DNA of 64,000 nt from Alphaproteobacteria bacterium. Its GTDB lineage: Bacteria; Pseudomonadota; Alphaproteobacteria; MPNO01; UBA830. The stretch lies in contig OZ251539.1 of the NCBI GenBank assembly GCA_965243135.1, positions 2,720,001 through 2,784,000 of the forward strand. Reading direction: 5' to 3'. The notes beneath the pieces were generated by a model, which was not told where the DNA came from, searched no databases, and saw only the letters and a program-made list of their open reading frames with translations. A program made the translations under genes and the position numbers. Of the stretch, positions 1 through 9,604 are shown in pieces (positions within the stretch are counted from its first letter, which is position 1; each line of letters starts with the position of its first letter).

Positions 1-1
1 T

Positions 2-508
2 CCTCGTGTGGTGTTCCAATACTCCGCAAGGCTTTCGCGGCTTGACCGGATGGCGATTCTCAGGGCAGCCCGCAAGATTCGTCCGGAAGGAATTTATTCT
101 TTCGTCTGGATTAACTCCCATCACAATATACGATTCTATGACAGTCGTCCAGACACGGACGGAAGTCTTCGCCGGGGCAGCTACGTTGAGGCGGGCGCGA
201 ATAAGATATACCTGTCGACAACCGGTTACAATCCGTATCGCCGGGCCATGGGAACGCCGAAACCGCTAGAAGTCTCTGCTTTTGTCGACCGACCGGACAG
301 CGACGGCCACCAACCTGATCTTCGGATATTGGCCTTGCAGGTTTTGAGTCTCACTAAGCTGAATTGGGCTTCCACGGATGCGTTTTGCGGGGAGCCGATC
401 ACGCTCAAGTACGCCAGAGACATAGCCTATTTGACGGCCGCTTTCCTGCGCCAATCGGAGCCGTTCAACCTTCATCCTTCTCTGGAGACGACGCCATGGT
501 TCATTTAG
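2..508 (+). CDS. Prokaryotic Argonaute, C-terminal PIWI domain (5' part outside window); probably catalytically inactive
   Basis: Frame open from window start. PIWI C-terminal signature 'GTPKPLEV...QVLSLTKLNWAS...EPITLKYA'; the usual catalytic 'HRDG' position reads 'QYSA'. Confidence 0.85.
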   Translation, partial: PRVVFQYSARLSRLDRMAILRAARKIRPEGIYSFVWINSHHNIRFYDSRPDTDGSLRRGSYVEAGANKIYLSTTGYNPYRRAMGTPKPLEVSAFVDRPDSDGHQPDLRILALQVLSLTKLNWASTDAFCGEPITLKYARDIAYLTAAFLRQSEPFNLHPSLETTPWFI

Positions 509-760
509 CGAGTTCGAGGCCCGGATCAAGTCGGTGGTCCGGCTTTCAGACGGCGAATCGAAAATTTCACGCCTCCTGACATCGCGTAAATCCAACTCCG
601 GCGACCGTTTCCTTCCCGACGCCGCGCTGCGACCTCGCCAGTATTGCGCGGATCCACCTGTTGCGGCGCAGGCGCCCGAACCTTCGGCGACGGAAGCCGC
701 GCGCCGCGTCGGCGTGAACGCAAGCTTTGCGGCAGGCGCTCCCGGCTTTCCGTGCTGCAG

Positions 761-1468
761 CTACGCGCCGCTCCCTATGGCGACCGCGTTCTTGTGAACG
801 TCGTCGTACATCAGATGCTGGATTTCGAGCATCTGGCGAACGGTCTTGAGCACGAGCGTGCGCTCGTCCTCCGTGCGAGCGAACTGGTCGAGAAGCTTTC
901 GGCCGACATCGGAATGCTCTTCGTCCGCACTGTCGTGGATCACCCAGTAGGCGACCTCTTCGTCGCTCAAACCGAACTGTTCCTGGAGATTGCGAGCGAT
1001 CTTGACGTACAGTCCGGGTATCGCCGCCTCGCCCGCCAGCATGTGCGCGGCGACGCCTTCCAGGAAGCTTTTCGAGCAGATTTGGGTGAAATAAGCCTGA
1101 AACGCCACTACGCCGGCGCAATACGGGGGATCGTACATTTGTTCCGGCGTCAGCCCCATGCCCCTCGCGTAATCGAGATAGAGCCGGTGGTGCGAGACTC
1201 CGTTTGACATCAGGCGCCCGGTCGCCTCTTCGAAGGCCACTTCGGCGATCAACTCGCGCCAAGCCGGATCGGGACAGATCACGTAGAGATTGCCGTGATA
1301 GTTGTGATTGTGGAGCGGTATGCCGCCATGCTGCTGACAGATGTAGCGCGACTGCTCCAGATTCCACCTGCCCTCGACCATGCCGGTCCAGAGCGGATGT
1401 CCATACATCGGCAGTTCCCCGTGGATTTCCGAAATCCGATCGAGCACGCCCTGCGTCGTCAATGTCAT
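761..1468 (-). CDS. Heme-oxygenase-like iron-containing redox enzyme (TenA/PqqC/CADD-like)
   Basis: HPLW, 'EE...HHRLY', 'YWVIHDSADEEH' metal-ligand motifs; ATG at 1468 preceded by AGGAGA. Confidence 0.8.
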   Translation of the reverse strand: MTLTTQGVLDRISEIHGELPMYGHPLWTGMVEGRWNLEQSRYICQQHGGIPLHNHNYHGNLYVICPDPAWRELIAEVAFEEATGRLMSNGVSHHRLYLDYARGMGLTPEQMYDPPYCAGVVAFQAYFTQICSKSFLEGVAAHMLAGEAAIPGLYVKIARNLQEQFGLSDEEVAYWVIHDSADEEHSDVGRKLLDQFARTEDERTLVLKTVRQMLEIQHLMYDDVHKNAVAIGSGA

Positions 1469-2212
1469 CGTGCGTCTCCTGGCAGACCGAAAGCGCATTG
1501 AACATATCCTTCGGCCGCAAACCGGTCGAGCGCCCGGCGTGGCAGCGCCGCCTTGCATGGGTTGCAGGCGTCAGGATCGGACGCGGTCCTTGTTCCGACG
1601 CCGGAGTCGCGTCTTCCGCAGAGCATAGTCCGCACGGCTGCGGAGCGGAAACAAATCGCGATCCTGAAGCTCGGCGTGGAAAACTGTCGACGGTCGGCAC
1701 GGCTGGATCAATTGCGCTTTGGTCCCTTGCGTCTCTTCGGGACACCATCCTCCGGCAGACCGGTTCTTGCCGCTTCTCCACCTCGCGAAGCGCACTCTCC
1801 GGTGCCAGGCGAAGCTTCTCGACCTTCGGAAGTCTCCGGAGCGCCGCTGTCGGCGCCCTCCCCGACCGGCGTCGTCTCGGGCGTCGCAGGCTGAATGTGC
1901 GGCCGCCATGGCGGCCGCGAGAAAAAGGCGTCCGGAAGAGCGATTCGCTAAACCCTGTTCACGCTCCGCGAGCGAACGGCCTACGCCGGGTCCTCTGGTT
2001 TCCGTCTTTGAAACGCGCTCGACTTGAACTTCTTGAATCGCAGGTCCATCGCCTCGTCCGAACGAGCTGGCGGCCCGCAAGACGCGGCGGATCTCTCGAT
2101 GCGAACGCTTTTTCAGAAAAGACGGAAAACGCGATCTCGTCGCAAGTCAATCGATCACGCGGAAATCGTCGAAAACCATGAAGCCATGCAAAAGTAAACG
2201 CCGTTGGGAGGA

Positions 2213-3064
2213 TCAAAGGCTGCGGGCGTGGACGCGCTTCAGGAAGTCGATCACCTGGCCGTTGAAACGGTCCGCGTGTTCGATGTTCGGGCAGTGTCCG
2301 CAGTTTTCGTAGACATGATGCTCGTTGTCGGGGATGCGCTCGGCCAGTTCGTGGGAATAGCCCTGACTGCGCAACGGATCGTTGGCGCCGGCGACGATCA
2401 GAACCGGTACCGCGACGTTCTCGTAGACCGTGTCGTCCGGCACGCCGAAACCCTGTTTCGCGCCTTCGTTCCGCTCCTGGCGCTTGAGACGCGGCGCGGA
2501 CGCGCATTCCCAGGCGCCCGGCAGCAGCGCCATTTCCTGGCGCTTCGCCACGTACGCGTCGTCGTCGCCCCATTTGGGGTCGTCGAGCATGGCGTGAAGG
2601 AGTGCCCGCATCGCTTCCGCGGTTCCGTCGTACGCGAGCAACGTCTTCCGCTCCTCCGTCAGCGGCGTGAACCCGCCGCCCGAACACAGCACGGCCGACC
2701 GCACCGGCAAAATCGGCGGCGGGTCGGCGATGATCCGCGCAAGATTGGATCCGCCCATGGAATTTCCCACGAAATCCGCCTCGGAGATCCCGAGCTCCTC
2801 GAAGAAACGTTGCATGTGGCGGTATACGCGCCCGCGCGGGTCGGCGAAATCGAACACCTTGTCCGTGCGCCCGAACCCGAGCCAGTCCGGCGCGACGACG
2901 TGGAAATGCTCGGCGAGCGCCGGGACGGCGAACTCCCAGCTGATTTCGGCGCAGCCGCCGAATTCGCCGGAATGCAGCAAGGCCACCGTCGGCGCGCCGG
3001 GGTCGCCCGCCTCCAGATAGTGAGTGTTGACGCCGTCGACGGCGACGTATTTCGATTCGATCAT
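2213..3064 (-). CDS. Alpha/beta fold hydrolase
   Basis: LLHSG, APDWLGFGRT, GNSMGG nucleophile elbow, CGHCP catalytic His; start trimmed to MIESKY. Confidence 0.9.
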   Translation of the reverse strand: MIESKYVAVDGVNTHYLEAGDPGAPTVALLHSGEFGGCAEISWEFAVPALAEHFHVVAPDWLGFGRTDKVFDFADPRGRVYRHMQRFFEELGISEADFVGNSMGGSNLARIIADPPPILPVRSAVLCSGGGFTPLTEERKTLLAYDGTAEAMRALLHAMLDDPKWGDDDAYVAKRQEMALLPGAWECASAPRLKRQERNEGAKQGFGVPDDTVYENVAVPVLIVAGANDPLRSQGYSHELAERIPDNEHHVYENCGHCPNIEHADRFNGQVIDFLKRVHARSL

Positions 3065-3083
3065 CTCCGGCTCTCCCGACGGT

Positions 3084-4313
3084 TCAGCGCACGAAATCGA
3101 CGGCGAGGCCGTCCGCATGATCGGGCGGCGACTCGCGCTTTTCCGCCGTCTCCTCGGGACTCCACGCATCCGCGAGTTCGCGGAGGCGCGGGTACACCTC
3201 GCGTTCGTAGAGCGTCATCGACCGCAGGACTCTTTCGGTCGAAAGGTGGCCGGCTTGTCCCATCATCAGCATGTGGCCGAAACCGCCGGAATGCTCCCAG
3301 AACGACCTGATCTGCCGGTACACCTGGTCGGGCGTTCCCGCGAAGACGTTGCCGCGGCGCATGTGCTCCCCGAGATCGGCGCTGTAGGCGGCGCCGGTTC
3401 CGGATACGTGGGCGCCGCGCATGATGTTGGCGGCGAGCTTCGGCGGGTGGTAGCCGGGAGGGTTCCTCCAAGGCTCCGAGACCTTGTTGGCCTGCATGTA
3501 CCACATCAAATGGTTGGCTCCGTCCTCGGCTTCGCGTTCGCTGTCGCCGACATAGACGAGCGCGCAATAGGCCAGCCGGTCGAGCGGCGCGTGTTCGCGA
3601 TGATGCCTGAGGTAATTCGCGCGGTAGGCGTCGAAAATCGGACGGATTCGCGAATAGCCGGCAAGAAAGACGGCGCCGACATGCCCGTGCCGGGCCACGG
3701 GATCGGTGCTGGCGGCGCTGCCCATCGTGATCCATACGGGAGGATGCGGCTGCTGCCACGGGCGCGGCCAGACGTTCACCTGGCGGTGACTGTACCACCT
3801 GCCCTCGAAACTGAACGGACCGTCATGCGTGGTCCACGCCTTCAGGATCAGGTCGTGCGCTTCCCACAGCCGTTCCGACCCCCGGTACGGAAGGACGTTG
3901 GCGGCGGCCGCCTCGTAGGGCACGCTGCGGACGAAGCCGCATTCGAGCCGCCCCTTGGAGATGACGTCGATCATCGCCATTTCTTCCGCGACGCGGACCG
4001 GCTGGTTGCGATTGGGCAGGGGGTTGCCGAGGATCAGGAGCCGGGAGCGGCCGGTCTGCCGCGCGAGGATGCCGAGCATTATGGGCGCGGCCGGAACCAT
4101 GCAGGTCGCCGTCTGGTGATGTTCGTTCACCATGATCTCCAGCCCCAGCTCGTCGGCGGCGCACCAGAGGTCGAGATATTCGTTGTAAAGACGGCTGGCA
4201 TTCTGCGGGTCGCAGAGCGCGTTGGGCAAATCGACCCGGATCGAAGCGTAGGAATCGGGATCCGGCAGGTCGGGATAGCAGTCCTCCGTGAAGAACCAGG
4301 TCTTGAGGCTCAT
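3084..4313 (-). CDS. LLM-class flavin-dependent oxidoreductase (luciferase-like), paralogue 1
   Basis: NEHH, 'PVRVAEEMAMIDVISKGRL', 'PRPWQQPHPPVW', 'GTPDQV'. Confidence 0.93.
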   Translation of the reverse strand: MSLKTWFFTEDCYPDLPDPDSYASIRVDLPNALCDPQNASRLYNEYLDLWCAADELGLEIMVNEHHQTATCMVPAAPIMLGILARQTGRSRLLILGNPLPNRNQPVRVAEEMAMIDVISKGRLECGFVRSVPYEAAAANVLPYRGSERLWEAHDLILKAWTTHDGPFSFEGRWYSHRQVNVWPRPWQQPHPPVWITMGSAASTDPVARHGHVGAVFLAGYSRIRPIFDAYRANYLRHHREHAPLDRLAYCALVYVGDSEREAEDGANHLMWYMQANKVSEPWRNPPGYHPPKLAANIMRGAHVSGTGAAYSADLGEHMRRGNVFAGTPDQVYRQIRSFWEHSGGFGHMLMMGQAGHLSTERVLRSMTLYEREVYPRLRELADAWSPEETAEKRESPPDHADGLAVDFVR

Positions 4314-4331
4314 GCGTTCGCGGCCCGCGAA

Positions 4332-5561
4332 TCAGCGAACGAATTCGACGCCGAAGGTGCCGAGGTCAGCGCTCTGCCTTGCCGGCATCGCCGCGCTGCG
4401 TTCGGCGACTTCGGCGGGGTCGCTGGTCGCGGTCAACTCGCGGAGGCGAGGATACACTTCGTTACTGTACAGCTTCATCGACTTCAGCGCATCGTCGTCG
4501 GAGAGGAAGCCTGCCTGGCCCATGAGCATCATGTGTCCGAAGCCGCCGGAATACTCCCAGAACGCCTTGATCTGCTCGTAGACTTGATCCGGGGTGCCGG
4601 CGAACACGTTGCCGCGGGCCATCTGCTGTTCGAGCGTCGGATTGACCGGCACGCCCGAGCCGGTGACGCCGCGCATGACCGCGGCGGAAACGGCTGGGGG
4701 GTGATAGCCGGGCGGATTGCTCCATTCCGGCGGCACTTTGTTGGCCTCCATGTACCAAAGCAGTTTGCGCGCGCCGTCTTCCGCCTCGCGTTCGTTCTCT
4801 CCGACGTAGCACAGCGCCAGATAAGCGAGGCGGTCGAACGGAGCCTGGCCGCCGTGAGCGCGCGACCAGGCGTCGCGATAACCGCCGAATATCTCCCTGA
4901 TCTTGGGATAGCCGGCGAGAAAGACGGCGCCGACGTGACGATGCTCGGCGACCGGCACCGCCGTGCGGGCGCTTCCCATGGTGATCCAGATCGGCGGATG
5001 CGGCTGCTGCCACGGGCGCGGCCATACGTTGACTTGGCGGTGATGGTACCAGCGTCCCTCGAAGTTGAACGGACCGTCATGGGTGGTCCACGCCTTGACG
5101 ATCAGGTCATGCGCTTCCCAGAGCCGTTCCGTACCCTTGTACGGCAGGATGTTCGCGGCGGCGGCCTCGTACGGGACGCTGCGCACGAAACCGCATTCCA
5201 GGCGGCCTTTCGAAATCACGTCGACCATCGCCATTTCCTCCGCGACGCGAACCGGCTGGTTGCGGTTGGGCAGAGGGTTGCCGAGAATCAGCAGGCGCGC
5301 CCGGCTGGTCTGGCGGGCGAGTATTCCGAGCATGATAGGGGCCGCCGGAACCATGCAGGTCGCCGTCTGGTGATGCTCGTTGAGCATGATCTCGAGGCCG
5401 ATCTCGTCGCAGGCGCACCAGAGGTCGAGGTAGCGGTTGTAGAGCTCGCTCGCCTTCCGCGGGTCGCAATGAACGTTCGGCAGATCGACGCGGATCGACC
5501 GGTAGGCGCTCTGATCCGGCAGATAGGGATAGCAGTCCTCGGTGAACCACCACGATTTCAT
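4332..5561 (-). CDS. LLM-class flavin-dependent oxidoreductase, paralogue 2
   Basis: Same motifs as paralogue 1; start MKSWWF overlaps the upstream stop (ATGA). Confidence 0.93.
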   Translation of the reverse strand: MKSWWFTEDCYPYLPDQSAYRSIRVDLPNVHCDPRKASELYNRYLDLWCACDEIGLEIMLNEHHQTATCMVPAAPIMLGILARQTSRARLLILGNPLPNRNQPVRVAEEMAMVDVISKGRLECGFVRSVPYEAAAANILPYKGTERLWEAHDLIVKAWTTHDGPFNFEGRWYHHRQVNVWPRPWQQPHPPIWITMGSARTAVPVAEHRHVGAVFLAGYPKIREIFGGYRDAWSRAHGGQAPFDRLAYLALCYVGENEREAEDGARKLLWYMEANKVPPEWSNPPGYHPPAVSAAVMRGVTGSGVPVNPTLEQQMARGNVFAGTPDQVYEQIKAFWEYSGGFGHMMLMGQAGFLSDDDALKSMKLYSNEVYPRLRELTATSDPAEVAERSAAMPARQSADLGTFGVEFVR

Positions 5562-6325
5562 GGCCCCGGCCCTTCGGTCGCGAACGCCAGCACGGCATCG
5601 ACGAACGCGCCGGGGCGCTCCATCTGGGGCGCATGGCCGGCATTTTCGATCACCGTCAGGCCGGCACCGTCGATCATCTTCGAGAACGCGCGCCCGTAGT
5701 CGACGGACACGATGCCGTCGCTGGCCCCCCATATGAAATGAGTCGGAATGTCGATGCGATGCAGCCGCTGCGGCAGCTTCGGGTTGTGCATGTACGGATC
5801 CCACGTGTACACGCCGAGCGCCGTGCGGTTGGCCGCGATCTCCTCGACCCGCTCGTCCGGCAGCCGCGCGAGGTCGGGGGCCAGCGACGCGTCGTGAAAC
5901 ATGAGCTCCGCCAGCTTTTCGGCCGGCGCCGCGAAGACGTCCGCGATGTCGCGGACGTCGCGACCGGAGACCTTGACGCCGACGGAATCGACCAGAATCA
6001 GTTTCGAGAGGCGTTCCGTCGTCATTACGGCGAGTTCGAGAGCGATCCAGCCGCCCATGGAAAAGCCCATCAGGACGGCGTCCCTCAGATCGAGTTCCTC
6101 CAGCAGGTCGAGATAGAGAAACGCCAGATCGTCGATGCAGTCGAACTGGTCCGGAATCCGGCTGCCCGCGAAGCCGGGATGGGTGGGAGCGACAATCTCG
6201 AATTTTTCGGCAAGCCGGTCGGCGAACGGCATGTCGGCGATCGGTCCGCCGCCTCCGTGCAGCGCGACCAGGGGCCGACCCGAGCCCTTGCGCGCAACCT
6301 CCACGTCGAGTCCCTGCAGTCTCAT
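5558..6325 (-). CDS. Alpha/beta fold hydrolase
   Basis: LHGGGG, HPGF, GFSMGG, WGASD, AGHAP motifs; start uncertain. Confidence 0.88.
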   Translation of the reverse strand: MRLQGLDVEVARKGSGRPLVALHGGGGPIADMPFADRLAEKFEIVAPTHPGFAGSRIPDQFDCIDDLAFLYLDLLEELDLRDAVLMGFSMGGWIALELAVMTTERLSKLILVDSVGVKVSGRDVRDIADVFAAPAEKLAELMFHDASLAPDLARLPDERVEEIAANRTALGVYTWDPYMHNPKLPQRLHRIDIPTHFIWGASDGIVSVDYGRAFSKMIDGAGLTVIENAGHAPQMERPGAFVDAVLAFATEGPGP

Positions 6326-6557
6326 GCCCGTTGTTCCATCCTTCGCCTCTCGCCGGTTGCGCCGCACATTACTTTTCCGCCGGCCGGTTGGCAATCCGCG
6401 CGGGAGAGAGGCGGCGTCGCGGATTCCGGGCGACGACGAAGGGGCGGACGAACCTTGGCAGATCCTTGCCGCCAGGCGGCCGCGGGGCAGGCGTCGGCGA
6501 CTGCGAATCGGCGGCCGCGCGCATCGCGAAGCGCCGGCCGCCCTGAACGCGGCGCGG

Positions 6558-8186
6558 TCATTGCACCCAGTAATCCGAGGAAGGATCGCCTTTGACGGTT
6601 TCTTCGGGCGACCACTCGCCGATGATCAGGCCTTTCCTGCGGGCGCCGCCGGTGCGTTTGCGGACCGCCTCCTCCGATATCGAGATACGGGTGCGGCGCT
6701 TGCGCAGCCACGCGAAAATCCGTTCGTGCATCTCGGCGCGGACATCCGCGTGGTCGGGACTGCTTCCAAGGTCGCGAAATTCTTCGGGATCGGTCTCTAG
6801 ATCGAAGAGCTGCGGCCGATAGCCTTCGTACAGGATGTATTTCCAGCGGTCGGTGCGCGCCATAAACGCCCGCGCATCCGCAGGTTCGATGCCCAGGTAG
6901 CTGCGCGCGGGCTTGAACGCGAAGTCGCTTTCCGAGAAGACGGCGTCGCGCCATTCGCCGTTCCGCCCGCTTCGCAGCGCCGGAAGAAGGGACCGCCCCT
7001 CCAGCACGTGGCCAGCGTCTTTCCAGCCGCCGAAGAGGTCGAGGAAGGTCGGGATCAGGTCGATCGATTCGACGAACAGATCGTTCCGGGTTCCCCGCGT
7101 TCCGTCGGCCGCCGAATCCGGATCGTAGACGACGAGCGGTATCCTGACCGAACAATCGTGGAACATCTCCTTCTCGCCGAGCCAGTGATCGCCGAGGTAG
7201 TCGCCATGGTCCGAAGTGAAGACGATCAAGGTATCGTCCATCCTGCCGCTCGCTTCCAGCCATTCGAACAGGATTCCCAGCTGATCGTCGATCTGCTTGA
7301 TCAGCCCCATGTACGCCGGGACGACGTTCGCGCGCACCTCGTCCATGGCGAAGCTGCGGCTTTCCGGATGCTTCATGTGCGCCGCGATCACCGGGTGGGG
7401 ATCGTCCAGTTCCGTTCGCGACCGCACGGCGGGCAGGATCTGGTTTCGTCCGTACGCGGCGTGATACGGCGCCGGCGCGACGTAGGGCCAGTGCGGCTTG
7501 ATGTAAGAAAGATGCAGCAGGAACGGCGCGTCGCCCTGTCGTTCCATGAACTCGATCGCGCGGCGGGTCATGTAGGGCGTTTCGGAATCCTCTTCCCTGA
7601 TTCGCGCCGGCAGGTGGTTGTTTCCGAGATACCAGCCGGACAGGATTTCGCCGTCGGGGCCCTCCGCCGAGTTCGCCCAGTCGTGCCACGGGTTGTCGCC
7701 ATCGTAGCCTTTCGACCTCAGGTAGCGGTTGTAAGCGTAATCGGGATCGACGACCGCGTCAGGCCACAGGCCGTCGTCGCGTTCGACGGGTTCCAGCCCG
7801 CACTGGGAGGCGAGTCCGCCGAGACTCGAGGCCGGATCCACGCCCAGCCTCTTCATGCCGTCGCGGTCGGGGGCCATGTGGGTCTTGCCGACGAGGGCGC
7901 AACGCAGGCCGCGCGGCCGCATCCAGTCTCCTATATTCGGTTGCCCGACGGACAGCGGAACGTCGTTCCAGGTGGCGCCGTGGCTGAACATGTAGCGTCC
8001 GGTCAGGAACGACATGCGCGACGGACCGCAAAGGGGGGACTGAACGTAGGTTTGCGTAAAGTTGACGCCGCTTGCCGCCAGCCTGTCGACGTTCGGCGTT
8101 TCCAGGTGCGGATGCCCGTTGCAGGAGAGGTAGTCCCAGCGCAACTGGTCGCACATGATGAACAGAATGTTTCGTACCTTGCCCAT
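6558..8186 (-). CDS. Sulfatase / phosphonate monoester hydrolase-like enzyme
   Basis: NILFIMCDQLR, CGPSR (CxPxR formylglycine motif), GKTH, FTSDHGD, LFDLETDPEE. Confidence 0.93.
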   Translation of the reverse strand: MGKVRNILFIMCDQLRWDYLSCNGHPHLETPNVDRLAASGVNFTQTYVQSPLCGPSRMSFLTGRYMFSHGATWNDVPLSVGQPNIGDWMRPRGLRCALVGKTHMAPDRDGMKRLGVDPASSLGGLASQCGLEPVERDDGLWPDAVVDPDYAYNRYLRSKGYDGDNPWHDWANSAEGPDGEILSGWYLGNNHLPARIREEDSETPYMTRRAIEFMERQGDAPFLLHLSYIKPHWPYVAPAPYHAAYGRNQILPAVRSRTELDDPHPVIAAHMKHPESRSFAMDEVRANVVPAYMGLIKQIDDQLGILFEWLEASGRMDDTLIVFTSDHGDYLGDHWLGEKEMFHDCSVRIPLVVYDPDSAADGTRGTRNDLFVESIDLIPTFLDLFGGWKDAGHVLEGRSLLPALRSGRNGEWRDAVFSESDFAFKPARSYLGIEPADARAFMARTDRWKYILYEGYRPQLFDLETDPEEFRDLGSSPDHADVRAEMHERIFAWLRKRRTRISISEEAVRKRTGGARRKGLIIGEWSPEETVKGDPSSDYWVQ

Positions 8187-8309
8187 GTCTGCGTTTCGCT
8201 CCGGTTGTTCCGTCTGTTTGATAGCACGGCGAGCGGCTCGCCGCCCGCGCGCGGGAATGCGCAAAGGCCGTCGCGCGGCGCGTCCCGCCCGCCCCTTTCG
8301 GACAGGGGT

Positions 8310-9464
8310 TCAAACGGGCAGGGCCAGGATCCGCTTCGCCACGATGTTGCGCTGGATTTCGCTCGAACCGCCGTAAATCGTGGCGCGGCGGACCTGGAGG
8401 AAAAGCGGCGCCACCTCGACGGGCCCGTCTTCGGTTTCGACCGAACGCGCGGCTTCGCCGCCGGCGGCGTCGAGCAGCAGATCGGCGACGCGCTGCAGCA
8501 GCTCGGTGCCCGCGATTTTCAGGATCGAGGATTCGTGTCCGAGCGAGCGTTGCGCATTCGCGATTTCGGCCGCGTGCGCGAACATCGCCGCGAAGGCGAC
8601 GGTTTCGATTTCGATCGCGGCGAGCCGTTCCCGAAACCCGGCGTCGTCCGCGGCGCCGGTCGCGCGGGCGACTTTTCCGACGCGCCGCAGCGCGTCGTAG
8701 AGAAGTCGCGGATTCGCCGTCGCCAACCGTTCGCGGACGAGCAGAGCGTTGGCGACGCGCCAGCCGTCGTGCAGTTCGCCGACCACGTTCTCCAGCGGCA
8801 CGCGCACGTCGTCGAGAAACACTTCGGCGAACTCCTCGTCTCCCGCGATGGTGCGGATGGGACGAACCTCGATCCCCGGCGTCTTCATGTCGATCAGCAC
8901 GAAACTGATCCCGGCCTGCTTGCGCGACGCGCCGGGATCGGTGCGCACCAGCGCGAACATCCAGTGCGAATGCTGAGCCCATGTGGTCCATATCTTGGAG
9001 CCGTTGACGACAAGGCGGTCGCCGACGATTTCGGCGCGGGTTCTGAGGCTGGCGAGATCCGATCCCGAGCCGGGCTCGGAATAACCCTGGCACCAGATAG
9101 CTTCACCGGCGACGATGGGGGGCAGGAATCGCTCTTTTTGCGCCTCGGCGCCGAAGGTCATGAGAATCGGCCCGATATGATTGACGCCCTGTCCGGAAAG
9201 TTCCGGCGCACCGGCGCGCGCGAGTTCTTCGGCGAGGATGATCTGCTCGTTCAGCGTCGCGTCCGCGCCGCCGTAGCGCCGAGGCCAGTGCGGAGCGAGC
9301 AATCCCTTGGCGCCGAGCTGCCGTTGCCACCGCATCGCGCGTTCGAACGGCGGCCTGGTGGACCAGCCGCGGAGATCGTCGGGCAACGTCGCGCCGATCC
9401 AGGCGCGCACTTCGGCCCGGAACGCCTTTTCCGCGGGGGTGTCCTTGCGAAAACCGATGACCAT
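8310..9464 (-). CDS. Acyl-CoA dehydrogenase
   Basis: WCQGYSEPGSGSDLA, NGSKIWT, TIYGGSSEIQRNI. Confidence 0.95.
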   Translation of the reverse strand: MVIGFRKDTPAEKAFRAEVRAWIGATLPDDLRGWSTRPPFERAMRWQRQLGAKGLLAPHWPRRYGGADATLNEQIILAEELARAGAPELSGQGVNHIGPILMTFGAEAQKERFLPPIVAGEAIWCQGYSEPGSGSDLASLRTRAEIVGDRLVVNGSKIWTTWAQHSHWMFALVRTDPGASRKQAGISFVLIDMKTPGIEVRPIRTIAGDEEFAEVFLDDVRVPLENVVGELHDGWRVANALLVRERLATANPRLLYDALRRVGKVARATGAADDAGFRERLAAIEIETVAFAAMFAHAAEIANAQRSLGHESSILKIAGTELLQRVADLLLDAAGGEAARSVETEDGPVEVAPLFLQVRRATIYGGSSEIQRNIVAKRILALPV

Positions 9465-9604
9465 GCGGGCAGATTATCGGTTTGCGCCCGCCGTGCACAG
9501 GCCCGGCGAAGAACGGAAACGGACAAGGACCGCCCGCGCGAGACGAGCTGTCCGGTTGCCCGTCGCCGCGCCCTCCGGTATGCGTGCAGCGAGGGAGAAC
9601 GGCG

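Noticed and set aside
1560-2200. Overlapping ORFs between the redox enzyme and the hydrolase
   Set aside because: Arg/Pro/Ala-rich with no motif or RBS; treated as intergenic or eroded DNA.
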